From Geosiphon pyriformis uo1 (Eukaryota > Fungi > Glomeromycota): a DNA stretch of 64,000 nucleotides. Numbering within the stretch: position 1 is the first letter of the stretch; each line of letters begins with the position of its first letter. Shown piece by piece: positions 1-11,419 of the stretch. Made by a program: the position numbers and the translations under genes. The stretch covers positions 1 through 64,000 of the forward strand of contig JAAOMT010000088.1 of assembly GCA_016748015.1 (NCBI GenBank). Reading direction: 5' to 3'. A model generated the notes under the pieces. The model was not told the origin of the DNA. It worked only from the letters and a program-made list of their open reading frames with translations, and ran no database searches.

Positions 1-146
1 GCTAATGAATAAGTAAAATGATTACCACGAACGACAAAACAATTTTGATTTAATAATTGCTTAGGAAAACATGTGCCTTTTCCAAAAATGATTATGATTC
101 AAAATGCGATATCCGTTCTTATAGTCCTATTAAAAATTTATTTACT

Positions 147-503
147 ATGTCAGAAGAAAAAAAGCCATGTATGACCTGCATCAACCATTCTTTTCCTTAC
201 AAAAAAGGGATGATTAAGAACTTAGTCTCTGATTTTGGAGAAGTTTTTTCTTTTGTTAGCATTCGTTTTGGAACAAAAGGCCATATTACTTTAACAACGA
301 AGGAACATAGCATTGACTTAAGAACGATAACCATGCAAGCGTGGAATGATCTTTTGCCGATTTTGCAAGATAATGTTAAAAGGTTAGAATCTAAATATTC
401 TCCGCCAGGATATGTAATTGCTATACCAATTGGAAAAGAAGGTGCTCAAGACCAGCCTCCTCATTTTCAACTTCATTTAGTACCTAAATACAAAAAAGAT
501 TGA
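147..503 (+). CDS. HIT (histidine triad) family protein, intronless and bacterial-looking; the frame continues past TGA 501-503 to about 650
   Basis: N-terminal CxxC (CMTC), GHITLTTKEH (cf. GHxLVIPKxH), GYVIAIPIGKEGAQDQPPHFQLHLVPKY (cf. GxNxGxxAGQxVxHxHxHxxPR). ATG at 147 is more plausible than the non-ATG start at 57. ORF 507..719 is in the same frame. Confidence 0.7.
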   Translation: MSEEKKPCMTCINHSFPYKKGMIKNLVSDFGEVFSFVSIRFGTKGHITLTTKEHSIDLRTITMQAWNDLLPILQDNVKRLESKYSPPGYVIAIPIGKEGAQDQPPHFQLHLVPKYKKD

Positions 504-650
504 GGCATGGTATCGGTACCGATAAGCGTAAAGTCTGATGAATTACCCGTATCTGGAATAAAAAAATTTGAAGAGGCAATGAAACCCGACCAAAACAGAA
601 CCATCGTTGAAAAAAGTAAAACAGTAGCTAAATTACAGAATGACCTAAAG

Positions 651-3600
651 TGTATACCCACAGTTTTTAAAGAACATCCAGTAGGAAACATTGCTATTTC
701 CACCAACACTTGGGATTAACCAACAATCACCTATCAGCAGAATCAGCCTTCAATTTCTACATTAACAAGAGAATCTCATATTTGTTAGGAGTACCAGTAG
801 AAACCAACTCAGCAAGAGGAAATTTCTACAATGAATTAATTCAAAATACCAGCCTACTAGCAAATCATAATTTCACAGCAATCCTCATGGAAATCAATAG
901 AGAAATTGAATATCATACCCAACAAAGATACCCAATCACTTATGCAAACAAAGGCAAAGGAAAACTACAAACACCAGCAGTAACACCTTAAAGAATACAA
1001 CCACCCACTTGGAAGAAAACAAGATTTGAGCCACCAACAAATTCATCATACCATTATATACCTGGAAGTGCCATTAACATTTCATCAACAGGCGTGTTCA
1101 CATTAAACACAAAAACACCATTGACATGAATACCCTTTTAAAGTAAACAATTAAAAGCTGACCTATTAGGAATTTATGGCAAATATTTTGAGAGATTTAA
1201 ATTTTGCTTACCAATGCCATTAAGATTTTGATCATCGCCACTTCTACCAGATTTTAGAACTGTGAGTTCCTGGGAAGTAATTGAATCAAAAGAAAAGAAA
1301 GATGACAATCAAAAATTTAATTATCAAAACCTGATTGTAAAAAATTCGGAAATTGAAACTTTTAAACTCTGTTAAATTAGAACAATTCCAATTCTGACAT
1401 TATTAATCAGCAACACTTACTTTCAGTAATTGTAATTAATTGAACTGATTGCTAAACCAATTTAACAGCCACAAGTATTTCCTCATTAACAATTACAACA
1501 ACCATTTCAATAACCGCCACAACAACAACCAATGGCCTACACTCCAATTGCCAAAATAGAAAAATTTACCAGTAAAGAAGATGACACCCAAGTGTGGCTA
1601 AATGATGTCAAAAAAACTATTGCAGCCAACAAATAGAATGATATCAGAGCCATGCAAGTCATTTTTACTTTCTTTAGGATATTACTGACTTATGATATCA
1701 AAGTTTGGTCAACAAATCTCAGAATTTTAATGCATTCAAGCTTAAGTTCCTACAATATTTTAGCAACAATAATAGTATTAATTGTTTAGCCAATATCTTC
1801 ATTACTATTAAGCAAGAAGAAATTGAAGCAGTTACTACTTATCTAGGATGCTTTTACAGAAATCTGTGTTAAATTCAGGCCATACAAGCCAATTATTTCA
1901 CAGTACCACAAATATTAAACCAATTTATTAGAGGACTGTGCAGTAATATTCTCCAATGCATATGTCTATTATACTTAATAGATCTTTAAGCAGTAGTTAC
2001 TTACATTCAAGATTTTGAAGCAGCTGAATTAGAAGCCAATTATATTCAAGCCATAAATTTAATAATGAATGGATTATCTGACTTAAATTCTAAATTGAAG
2101 CAATTCAGTGATTCAATTAACCAGAAATTAGAGAGATACTTAGCTAATAATCAAGTTATCTATTAACTTTTACAATAACATAATAATGCAGAAAACTCAA
2201 ATTGTTTCCAAAATCAAACATGCTTATCATTATTAACCAATCAATTGGGGCAACCAGAGACATGTGTTTGCTACAATTGTGGTAAACAAGGACATATTAG
2301 AGCCAATTGCCAAATTTATAGCAATATTCCATGATCAGAAAATCAATACCAAAACCCCAATTACCAGTTTCAAATTCTGAATTATCAATTAAATTATCTA
2401 TCTATAACACAGCAACCAATATATCAACCACCAATTTATCAGCCTTCAAAACTCATAGTTTATCAACTACAGTCACAATTTATCTATTAGCCATAGCCCC
2501 AAGTAATTTATCAGCCCCAACAAATTTAAACACTGCCATTAAACTCAGCTCAATTAATCACTAGAATACAAAAGCTGAGAGTCATTCATACTCAACAAAA
2601 CTGAAGATTGGTAATGGTTATATATTAACCAATCTCCAGTTTCTCAACCCAATTTTCAGGATTACAACAGCAGAATTCAGAAACAGAATATATTTAAAAC
2701 CTGAATTCCCAGAACTATTTAAGTCTCCTAATTATCTCAAAAAATTTTATATCTAACAACTTAAAAGCCAAACAAAAGCAGCCACTTACCAACAACATAC
2801 TACCAACAACTATTATTGAAAATGAATTACTTACCACCATCTTTCCTTTTGAACTCAAGGAACTAGTTAAAATGCCACTATTTAGTAGAGCCATTCTAAA
2901 ATCAAAACTCATCACTGTAATATATACCAATACTAAGATTGATAGTCAGTCTATTAAATTGATTCTAGACAGTAGATTAGCTGGCAGCATTATTATTTAA
3001 CAATTCATGAATCAATTAAGTTACCAAGTTGATTGCACCACCAGTGCACAAATAATTATTATTAATGAGACAAAAAAAACTCCAATAGGCAAAATTGATG
3101 ACTTTCTTTTTGAAGTCAATGGCATTGTCACACCAATTAAAGTTCTTGTTATAGAAGTCACCTAGTATCAAGCACTAGTTGGTAATAACTGGCTGTCTAA
3201 AACCAACACTGTGCTCAACTAAAACACCCAAAAACTACAACTTAGTCGAAATGAGCAATACACACAAGTACTAGCAATGTGTAAACATTTTAAGACCACC
3301 ACCAACAAAAAACCACCAATTGAATTAGAAAAAGAAGAAAAGAAACCTACCTGAGAAGCTTACCAAGTCTTATGAGCTGACTATAATCACAACGAGCTAC
3401 CACTAATTCTAACTTGAAAGGAAAAAGAAAAAAGAAAGAAAAGAAAGAAAGAGTCAACAACAGTCATTACTTCTACTTATATGTCACATATTACCACTCA
3501 TCAAACCAATTATTGTCAATCCAAGCTTATATGTATTGATTGTGGCAAGAAATTGTTTACAATAAGTGCATGCTGTGGTAATAATGAGGAATAGCAAACT

Positions 3601-3986
3601 GCAACAAAGTTCTATTGCTGCCCATGTATTTTTAAACACTTTGGATAACCAAAGAGACAAGAAAAATAGGACAATGAACCTTGTTTCGCATGTGAAACCA
3701 CTCTATTAGATGAAAAAATATGGAATGACATTTCTGGGTAAGAAGAAACATGTAACAAAACATGCCAATACATAATTCTTATAAATGACTGGGTAAAAAA
3801 AAAAACTTCAATTAATAATACTTGAAAATAAGCATTTAGATGTCTGGAAGGTTACTCACACAACAAACATGAAATCTGAAGAATAGTGAGTGTTAAAGTT
3901 GAAGATGCTACATTCAGTGAACTGTTGGAAATTAAAAACAATCCACTTTTTTTTTTAGAATCTGAATATATTTTTACTTTTGACAT
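651..3986 (+). pseudogene. Element A gag, aspartic protease and start of Cys-rich domain
   Basis: Zinc knuckle CYNCGKQGHIRANC at 2269-2310; protease IKLILDSRLAGS at ~2953-2988; CIDC/CCPC/CFAC motifs at 3530-3770; many premature stops. Confidence 0.85.
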
Positions 3987-5025
3987 TGTTACTTAAGTAG
4001 AAAAACTGATCTGAAGTTATAAAGAAATGTGACCAAAACGTGACATAATACAGAATAGTACACAATAATGTTGAATAATGCATTATAATTTAGGATAGCA
4101 CAGGATAATGCATTACAATGTGAAATAACACATAATAACACTAGATAACACTAGATAATGTGTTATAACATAGGATAACTAGTAATAATGTAGAAAAACA
4201 AAACAATAATAGAAATAACAAAGCAATAATTAGCAATAACAAAATAATTAGAAGCAATCCTATAAAACCAAAAGAATGTATAAAAGCGAGCAATTATAGA
4301 AGGTAGAAACAAACAAACAAATAAATATAAACCACTAGACAAGAATCAAATATCCATACCTCTTCATCATTTATATTTCATATTTATCTTCTGAAATAAA
4401 TTAATTATTAAGAAATTAGAATTACAAATTTATGTTTTTGAACTTTGTAGAATTTATTTAAATTAACTATTGTTTTATACTTTTGTTTCAGAACAGATGC
4501 TCTTAGCATAACCACCTTAAATTATTAATAATTTGGACCAATCACTTTTGATTACAGTGATTGACAATACTAATTTGTCTTTTTTTTTATTTTTTTTTAT
4601 TTTATTTTTTTTATTTTTATTTTTTTATTTTTTTCTTGTGAAGTGGCAATATAGTAAAATTGACTGTCTGGAAATAAACTTTGTAATAACTTGATAAAAG
4701 AAGGAAGCTTCCCCTAGGTTTTTGGATATTAACATTATCTTGATAGCTTACCAAAAGGGCAAAAAGACAATGCCAGATTCTAATGATTGTGCTCATTAGC
4801 TTGGAAAAAAAAGCTCATCTTTATAAAAAATTGCAATCAGTGAGAACCAAAACTCTGTGCTTTATAACCAAAGAACTTAACAGGTAAATTCACAACCAGT
4901 AAAATAAGATCTTTAGAGACTGATAATTAAGATTAAGCCACTGAAAGCATGTAAAACACACATTACCAATGCTTAAGAGCACCAAACGTTACCATTTCCC
5001 TATCCTACCAAGTTTACCCATAACA
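3987..5025 (+). repeat. 5' LTR of B
   Basis: TGTTA...TAACA; direct repeat of 6387-7415; followed by PBS. Confidence 0.93.
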
Positions 5026-5027
5026 TT

Positions 5028-5044
5028 TGGTGCTCCCTGTGAGG
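5028..5044 (+). promoter_or_regulatory. tRNA primer binding site of B
   Basis: TGGTGCTCCCTGTGAGG 2 nt after the LTR; complementary to a tRNA-like 3' end ...CCUCACAGGGAGCACCA. Confidence 0.85.
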
Positions 5045-5086
5045 TTATAAATTCACAAAGACAGAACACTCTGAAAATTCACAAAA

Positions 5087-5550
5087 ATGGTGATTATTAG
5101 AACAATAGGAAAAGACTACTTCTCATACAGAAAAGCATTATTTCAATACTTTCAAAAAAACTTAAGAATATCAGTTCTAATTATATTAACAAAAAATAGG
5201 TTTGTTTTTTTTGCACTTGTTATAATGATAAAATCTAAAAGTAGTGACCGCTTCAGTTTCTCTTTGCTTGATAACTGTCTGAGAAAATTTGAACTGAACT
5301 AGAAACTGCTTATACAGAAAGTGATTTTTGTAACAATATTAACACAAAAATTGACTGTTTATTAGGCCACACAACCAACACAAAAAGACTTAGAGAACAA
5401 ATCCATCAAAGCTTATTAAGATACTCAACAGCCACAACTATCTAAGCAATTGTTGAAACTCTGTATATAATCAATACAGACATTAAATATTACATGGCAA
5501 AACAATTTCTTTAAGTACAACAACTAGTAGAATCCAATCCTGAGGAAAAC
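5087..5550 (+). pseudogene. N-terminal gag fragment of B with a ~125-bp insertion
   Basis: ATG shortly after the PBS (MVIIRTIGKDYFSYRKALFQYF). Coding-like frame resumes after 5297 (ETAYTESDFCNNINTKIDCLLG) and ends abruptly near 5550. Confidence 0.6.
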
Positions 5551-5634
5551 ATAGACAATGTACAGCAAATTAAATTAAGGAATTCAAATATATATAGCAT
5601 TTGAAAAGCAGCAAAAAATGATAGAACTTTCAAC

Positions 5635-6372
5635 ATAAATCTGTCAAATCAAATTCTACAACTCTCGAAACAATTATTTGACACAATTCAACAATTTTCT
5701 GCTCAAATAGAAATAACAATCAATAGAAAAAAAATATGCTATAAAGATAGGAGCAAGAAAGGGATGGGTGTGAATTTAATTAGAACTAACTGTTCCCATT
5801 TTTATACCTTACCTGAGAAAAGAATTTTACAAAAAAAAATTAAATTGTCTTGGGTGGGGCTTGAAGAAAGAGTAGAAGAATAAAAAAAAGTTTATAAAAG
5901 AAGATACTTAGTCCTTAAGCTTGAAAAAATTAAAGAAGCTTTAGCTCATAAGATTGATCTCTCCAAAACAGGGAAATAGACACCAGACAACACAAAAAAA
6001 TGGAAAGAAAGACTTTTGCCAGCTTATTAGTTCTACAAAATAGGTAAACAATTAGACTTAAAGATACTATATGAAGACTTCAGCCAAAAAACTTTCAACA
6101 AAGAAGCAATACAACAAGTAGAAAAATTTGTAGGAAGAAGCAATCTGACTCTACATTACAAAGCAGCATATCAACTATATGCCACTTTCTAATATTGTTC
6201 AAACATACTGTTGTATGGATCTATAAAGATGATAACAGTTAATAACATAGGATGAATTACCAATCAACAGTTCAAAGATCTATGAAAAACAATACTTGAC
6301 ACAACTATTGAACATTACACAAATGAAGACATAAAAACAGATACATATAATTTTGCAGAAGCTCAATTTTAA
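5635..6372 (+). pseudogene. 3' extra ORF (ORF3) of B, unknown function
   Basis: One unshifted frame of ~245 codons with six internal stops, all compatible with CAA/CAG/CGA C->T changes. Aligns by eye with 19277-19900 and 28297-28965; ends NFAEAQF* just before the PPT. Confidence 0.75.
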
Positions 6373-6386
6373 AAAGAGAGGAATAA

Positions 6387-7415
6387 TGTTATTCAAGTAG
6401 AAAAACCAATCCAAAGTTATGAAAAAACATGACCAGAACATAATATAATACAGAATAGTGTACAATAACATTAGATAACATATTATAACTTAGAATAGTG
6501 CAGGATAATGCATTATAATATGGGATAATACAGAATAACACATAATAACACTAAATAACATGTTCTAACATAGGATAACTAGTAATAATATAGAAAAATA
6601 AAGCAATAACAGAAATAACAAAGCAATAGTTAGCAATAACAAAACAATCAGAAGCAATCCTATAAAACTAAAAGAATGTATAAAAGTAAGTAGTTGTAGA
6701 AAGTAGAAACAAACAAACAAATAGATACAAATCATTAGACAAGAATCAAATATTCATATCATTTATATTCTATATTCATCTTCTGAAATAAATCAATTAT
6801 TAAGAAATCAGAATCATGAATTTATGTTCTCAAACTTTGTGAAATTTATATAAACTAACCATTGTTTTGTACTTTCATTCCAGGACAGATGCTCTTAGCA
6901 TAACTATCTCATACTATTAATGATTTGGACCAATTGCTCTTGATCATGATAATTGACAATACTAATTTATCTTTTATTTTTTTTATTTTTTTATTTTTTT
7001 TTATTTTTTTATTTTTATTTTTCTCTTGTGGAGTGACAACATAATAAAATTGATTGTCTGAAAATAGACATTGTAATAGTCTGGTAAAAGAAGGAAGCTC
7101 TCTTTAGGTTTTTGGATATTAACATTATCTTGATAGCTTACCAAAAGGATAAAAAGACAATGCCAGATCTTAATGACTATGCTTATTAGTTCAAAAAAGA
7201 AAGCTCACCTTTATAAGAAGTTGCAATCAGCAAAAACCAAAACTCTGTGCCTTATAACCAAAAAACTCAATGGGTAAATTCACAACCAATAAAATAAGAT
7301 CTTTAGAAACTGATAATTAAGATTATACCACCAAAAGCATGCAAAACATATATTACCAATACTTAAGAGCATCAAACATTACTATTTCCCTATCTCATCA
7401 AGTTTACTCATAACA
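6387..7415 (+). repeat. 3' LTR of B
   Basis: TGTTA...TAACA; preceded by a purine tract. Confidence 0.93.
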
Positions 7416-7849
7416 ATGTCTTTGACAATATTGAAGACAATCCAGAGCATTTTTACAAACATTACTAGAATCTAGCACCCACCTGAAAAAAACAGGAACA
7501 GTGTTTAGAACAGTTAAACATTTGACTTTGTTAATACTGCTTAATTCTCTATGACTTTCAATATTGTAATAAGTGTAACCTCATCTACAATCCACCATTA
7601 TGCATGATCTACACAATTTCAGAAGAAAAAAAACCAATCAGCAGCTGTGCAGCAGAATTGAAATTAACATTCAATTTTAATTCAAACTTCAACAACAATG
7701 ATGACAAAAACAATGGTTCCAGCTCTGTTAAAAATGGCAATAAAAATAACAACAATTCAGACTCTAATTCAAACCTAGAATATATTGTATTTTTTGATCT
7801 CTTTAAGGAACAAAAACTTAAATAGTTTAGCAATAATAATGAAAGTATT

Positions 7850-8240
7850 ATGCCAGAATGTGTGCATGATACTGATGTCAGATTTGATCTAAGATATCCA
7901 GGAAAAGAAGCCATTAAATTAGAATCACACTTGTGCACAAGCATTGATCTTAAAATAGTACTGGAAATTCTAGCAACAACAATGGTTCAATTAATATTGA
8001 AGAATAGTTTAGCAAAAAAGAAAATTAATATCAGAGGAGAAATCATTGACACAGAATATGTGGGAAATATTATTGCAATACTACAAAATAATTCAAAAAA
8101 AGCCTACATTATAGAGTCAAACAAAAAATAGTACAGGCAATATTTCTGTCACTGGTTAAAATAGCTTAGTTAATATTAATAGAAAACCAGAAAAAATTAG
8201 GAATTACAGCTAGAGAGATTAGTGAATTTGGATTAACAGA
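7850..8240 (+). pseudogene. dUTPase domain in pol of element A
   Basis: HDTDVRFDLRYP (motif 1), GEIIDTEYVGNI (motif 3), VQAIF (motif 4), REISEFGLT (motif 5); homologous to the better-preserved copy in D. Confidence 0.85.
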
Positions 8241-8699
8241 AAAGATAGATGTACTAGTTAATATGACAGAGGAAGAAGTTATTAACAAGAAAGAAATTAT
8301 TTCCATCTATTAATCAATTTCTATTCTATTATATGACCAGTACATGGTGGCCATAAAAAGAAAAGTAAAGAATCATGCTTAGATTTTTGAAGCAGAAGCA
8401 ACACTTTGTAAATCAGGAAAGATTAGATTAGTCAATCTATACATACTAGTCAAGAAACATAGTTACATTAAAATTCTCATTTACAACAATACAAGAGATG
8501 TCATCAAGATATCAGAAAGAACCATAATTGGATATTTAACCACTAAAATTGAAAACCAATCATCAAACACCATTCCAAACTTTCCACAACTGTGTGAATA
8601 TGTTGACATAACATCACAAATCATTTATAGACAGAATAAATGTTATTTGCTCCAACCAGAACAATTGAAACAAATGAACATAGAAAATTTAAACCCACT

Positions 8700-10007
8700 A
8701 TAACATATGCAACTCAAAATGTTACTCAATAACTTTACAGACATTTTTGCAAGTAAAAATGAATTTGGCAGAACTGATATAATCCAGCACCAGATTAAGA
8801 CTGGAGATGTAATATCAATCAAACAAAGAGCATACTGAATACCACCAGCCAGCCATAAGATCATTTGTCAAGAAATCAATTGAATGCTTGACAACAGACT
8901 AATTCAGTCATCAATAAGTCCATGGTTGTCACCAATAGTATTAGTTCATAAGAAAAATGGAAAAATCTGCTTTTGTGTAGATTACAAAAAACTCAATGAT
9001 GTAATTTATGGAGACAGTTATCCAACTTCATGGATTCAAGAATTATTCAATGCTTTTAGAGGAAAGAAATAGTTCTTAACACTAGACTTAAATAGTAGTT
9101 ATTGACAAGTAACAATGAATCCAGTAGATAAAAAAAAGACTGCATTTACAACAAAAGAAGGAAATTTTGAGTTTAAAGTAATGCCATTTGGTTTGATGAA
9201 TGCACTAACAACATTTCAACAACTTATGAAAATTGTCTATACTGAACTGTTATAAAAATCAGTAGTCATATATTTGGATAATACCAATGTGTTCTTAAAG
9301 ACATTCGATAATTATTTACATCATTTTCAACAAGTATTTGAAAGACTAAGAAGAGTTGGATTGAAGTTAAATGCCACCAAATGTTTTTCTGGCAAAACAG
9401 AACTGAAGTTTTTAGAACATGTTATAAGCAAAGATGACATCAAAATAGATTCAGACAAAATTGAGATAGTCAAAAACTTTTCAGTACTTACCAACTTGAC
9501 TGAATTACGAGCATTTTTGGAATTTGTGGAATACTATCACTACTTTATAAAAATTTTTTCCAAAATAGCTCAACCATTACACCAGTTTCAAACAAAAAAC
9601 ACCAAATATAATTGAATAGAAAACCAGCAAGAAGCTTTTGATATATTAAGAAGAAAGCTTATTCAAACTTCAGTATTAATCTATTCAAATCATAATAAGC
9701 CATTCATAATTACAACTGATGCATCAGGTCAAGTATTAGAAGTGATACTATCTTAAAAAAGACCAGATAAACAAGAACACCCAGTAGCTTATGCCAGCAG
9801 AAGCTTAAATCCAGCTAAAAAGAACTATAGAATTCTAACACTAAAACACTTAGCAATCTATTGGACAGTTATGAAATGGAAAAAATACTTGAGTCAAAAA
9901 TTTAACATGTATATTGATCATAAAAAATTAACTTCAATCCAGAAGCAAAAATTTGGAAATGATTGCCATGCCAGATGAAAAATAGAACTTTTACCATTTA
10001 ATTATAC
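8700..10007 (+). pseudogene. RT and RNase H of element A
   Basis: SPWLSPIVLVHKKNGKICFCVDYKKLN, KTAF...VMPFGL, YLDN (YLDD), TDAS, HPVAYASR. Confidence 0.9.
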
Positions 10008-10720
10008 TATTACGGGTTGGAGTAACAAGCTAATAGATAGCAAAAAAGAATAGGATTGTAGAGTAATGGAAATAATCAAAAGGAATTTCAACTTTAAAGA
10101 GCAAATTGAATAAGTATAGATTCAATGTGTGAGATCAGTCTTATAAAATATCTCAGTCACTATTCTTTTCAAAGGTAATTGGGGAATCTGAAGGTAGAGA
10201 GATAGTCTGTACTGTCAACAATTGATCACCACTGGTATAATTCTATGCCTCATGTCAACACTTTTAGAATTCAATATCAGGTATCAACTTGTGCTTTTCA
10301 GTCACATTTATTTAAATAATCTTCAAATGCTACAATTATATATGTCAAGAAAAGACCAACAAATAATCTTTTATCTTTAAGATGTTCAAATACTTGAAGG
10401 TAGAAAAAGGGAAATTAGCAATAAAAAAAAGATTGAGATAAAAGTTGTTATTTTATTTATTCTTAATTATTTAGATGCTTGTTATTACATGCTTTTCTAC
10501 AGCTAAGAGATTCATCACTTATATAACTATCAAAAGTGGTCAATGATTAGATCAACGACTAGGTCAATAATCAGATCAATGATTAGGTCAATGATTAGGT
10601 CATTAATCAGATCAACAGTCAGGTCATTGATCATTTTCTAAAAATAGTGTGGCTAATCATATGACATCAGTGGCTAATACATGTGATAATTAATAAGAAG
10701 TATAGGTTTCAATCATAACA
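10008..10720 (-). repeat. 3' LTR of C
   Basis: Direct repeat of 17020-17708; contains a 12-bp tandem array (AGGTCAATGATY) at ~10537-10633. Confidence 0.93.
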
Positions 10721-10729
10721 TCATCTTTT

Positions 10730-11345
10730 CCAAAGAGATTGAGCTCCGGCAAAATTAAGCTATTTATGGTGTAATCTATTGGAAGGGTTTTATCTAACTC
10801 AAAGCTAACTAGTTTGTTAAAGTTTTTTGTCAATAAGGTATATAACACTTAAGGTAAAATGAGTTTTGTATCCAAGAGACCAAATCTTTGTATTAGAGTT
10901 TTGGCTCTTTTAGCAATAGTTAAAACTCTTGAGACATCTAATCATATAATGCCCAAAATTTCTGCCTGTATCTCTGAAGTTGTTTTCTTTATGAGTTTTA
11001 TATCTTCTATGATTTCATCAAGGTGACTATAGAGTTCTAATTGTCTTCCATATGACAAGTTTTTGTCTATGAATAAGATTTCTTAAATTGTTTTTCCAAT
11101 TGTGCTGGAAGGTGAAAGTATTGCCACTGTTATACTTTCTAACAGATACTTATCTATTTTGCTACCAATTTTTTCTCTTCTGGTAGTAGTTTTTTTTGGT
11201 CTAATAACAGTATATGTTCTACTGTTGTCAGTTATAGTGGTCTGTTTCCAATAGTCAAAGTAGCATTTGGATAGTTTTTGATCCAATACTCATGGAGAGT
11301 ATAGAAGATGTTTTAAATGTTTTGATCTAAAAAATAATTGTTCAT
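10730..11345 (-). pseudogene. 3' extra ORF (ORF3) of C
   Basis: MNNYFLDQNI*NIFYTL...NATLTIGN resembles MIISQNIQQIFQKL...DLSITINGS of D. TATAAATA 46 nt upstream; one frameshift in an A-run. Confidence 0.6.
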
Positions 11346-11419
11346 ATCGATTAAAGATACCTCTGTTTTGGGAATAGTGCATTTATTTATACTTGATTTT
11401 TGTTGATTATTTAAGTCGG

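Larger units (their letters stand above)
3987..7415 (+). mobile_element. Non-autonomous LTR element B (two ~1.03-kb LTRs, 1.36-kb internal region without pol)
   Basis: LTRs 3987-5025 and 6387-7415; PBS TGGTGCTCCCTGTGAGG at 5028-5044; PPT at 6371-6386; flanks ACAT/ATGT (decayed ACGT TSD). Confidence 0.92.

Noticed and set aside
5174-5302. GT...AG intron in the gag fragment of B
   Set aside because: Splicing at these sites joins the flanks out of frame; inverted ends fit an insertion better.
5752-5863. G-rich segment inside ORF3 of B as a separate mobile insertion
   Set aside because: It stays in frame, has only 4-bp inverted ends and no TSD; it could be a variable region of the protein.
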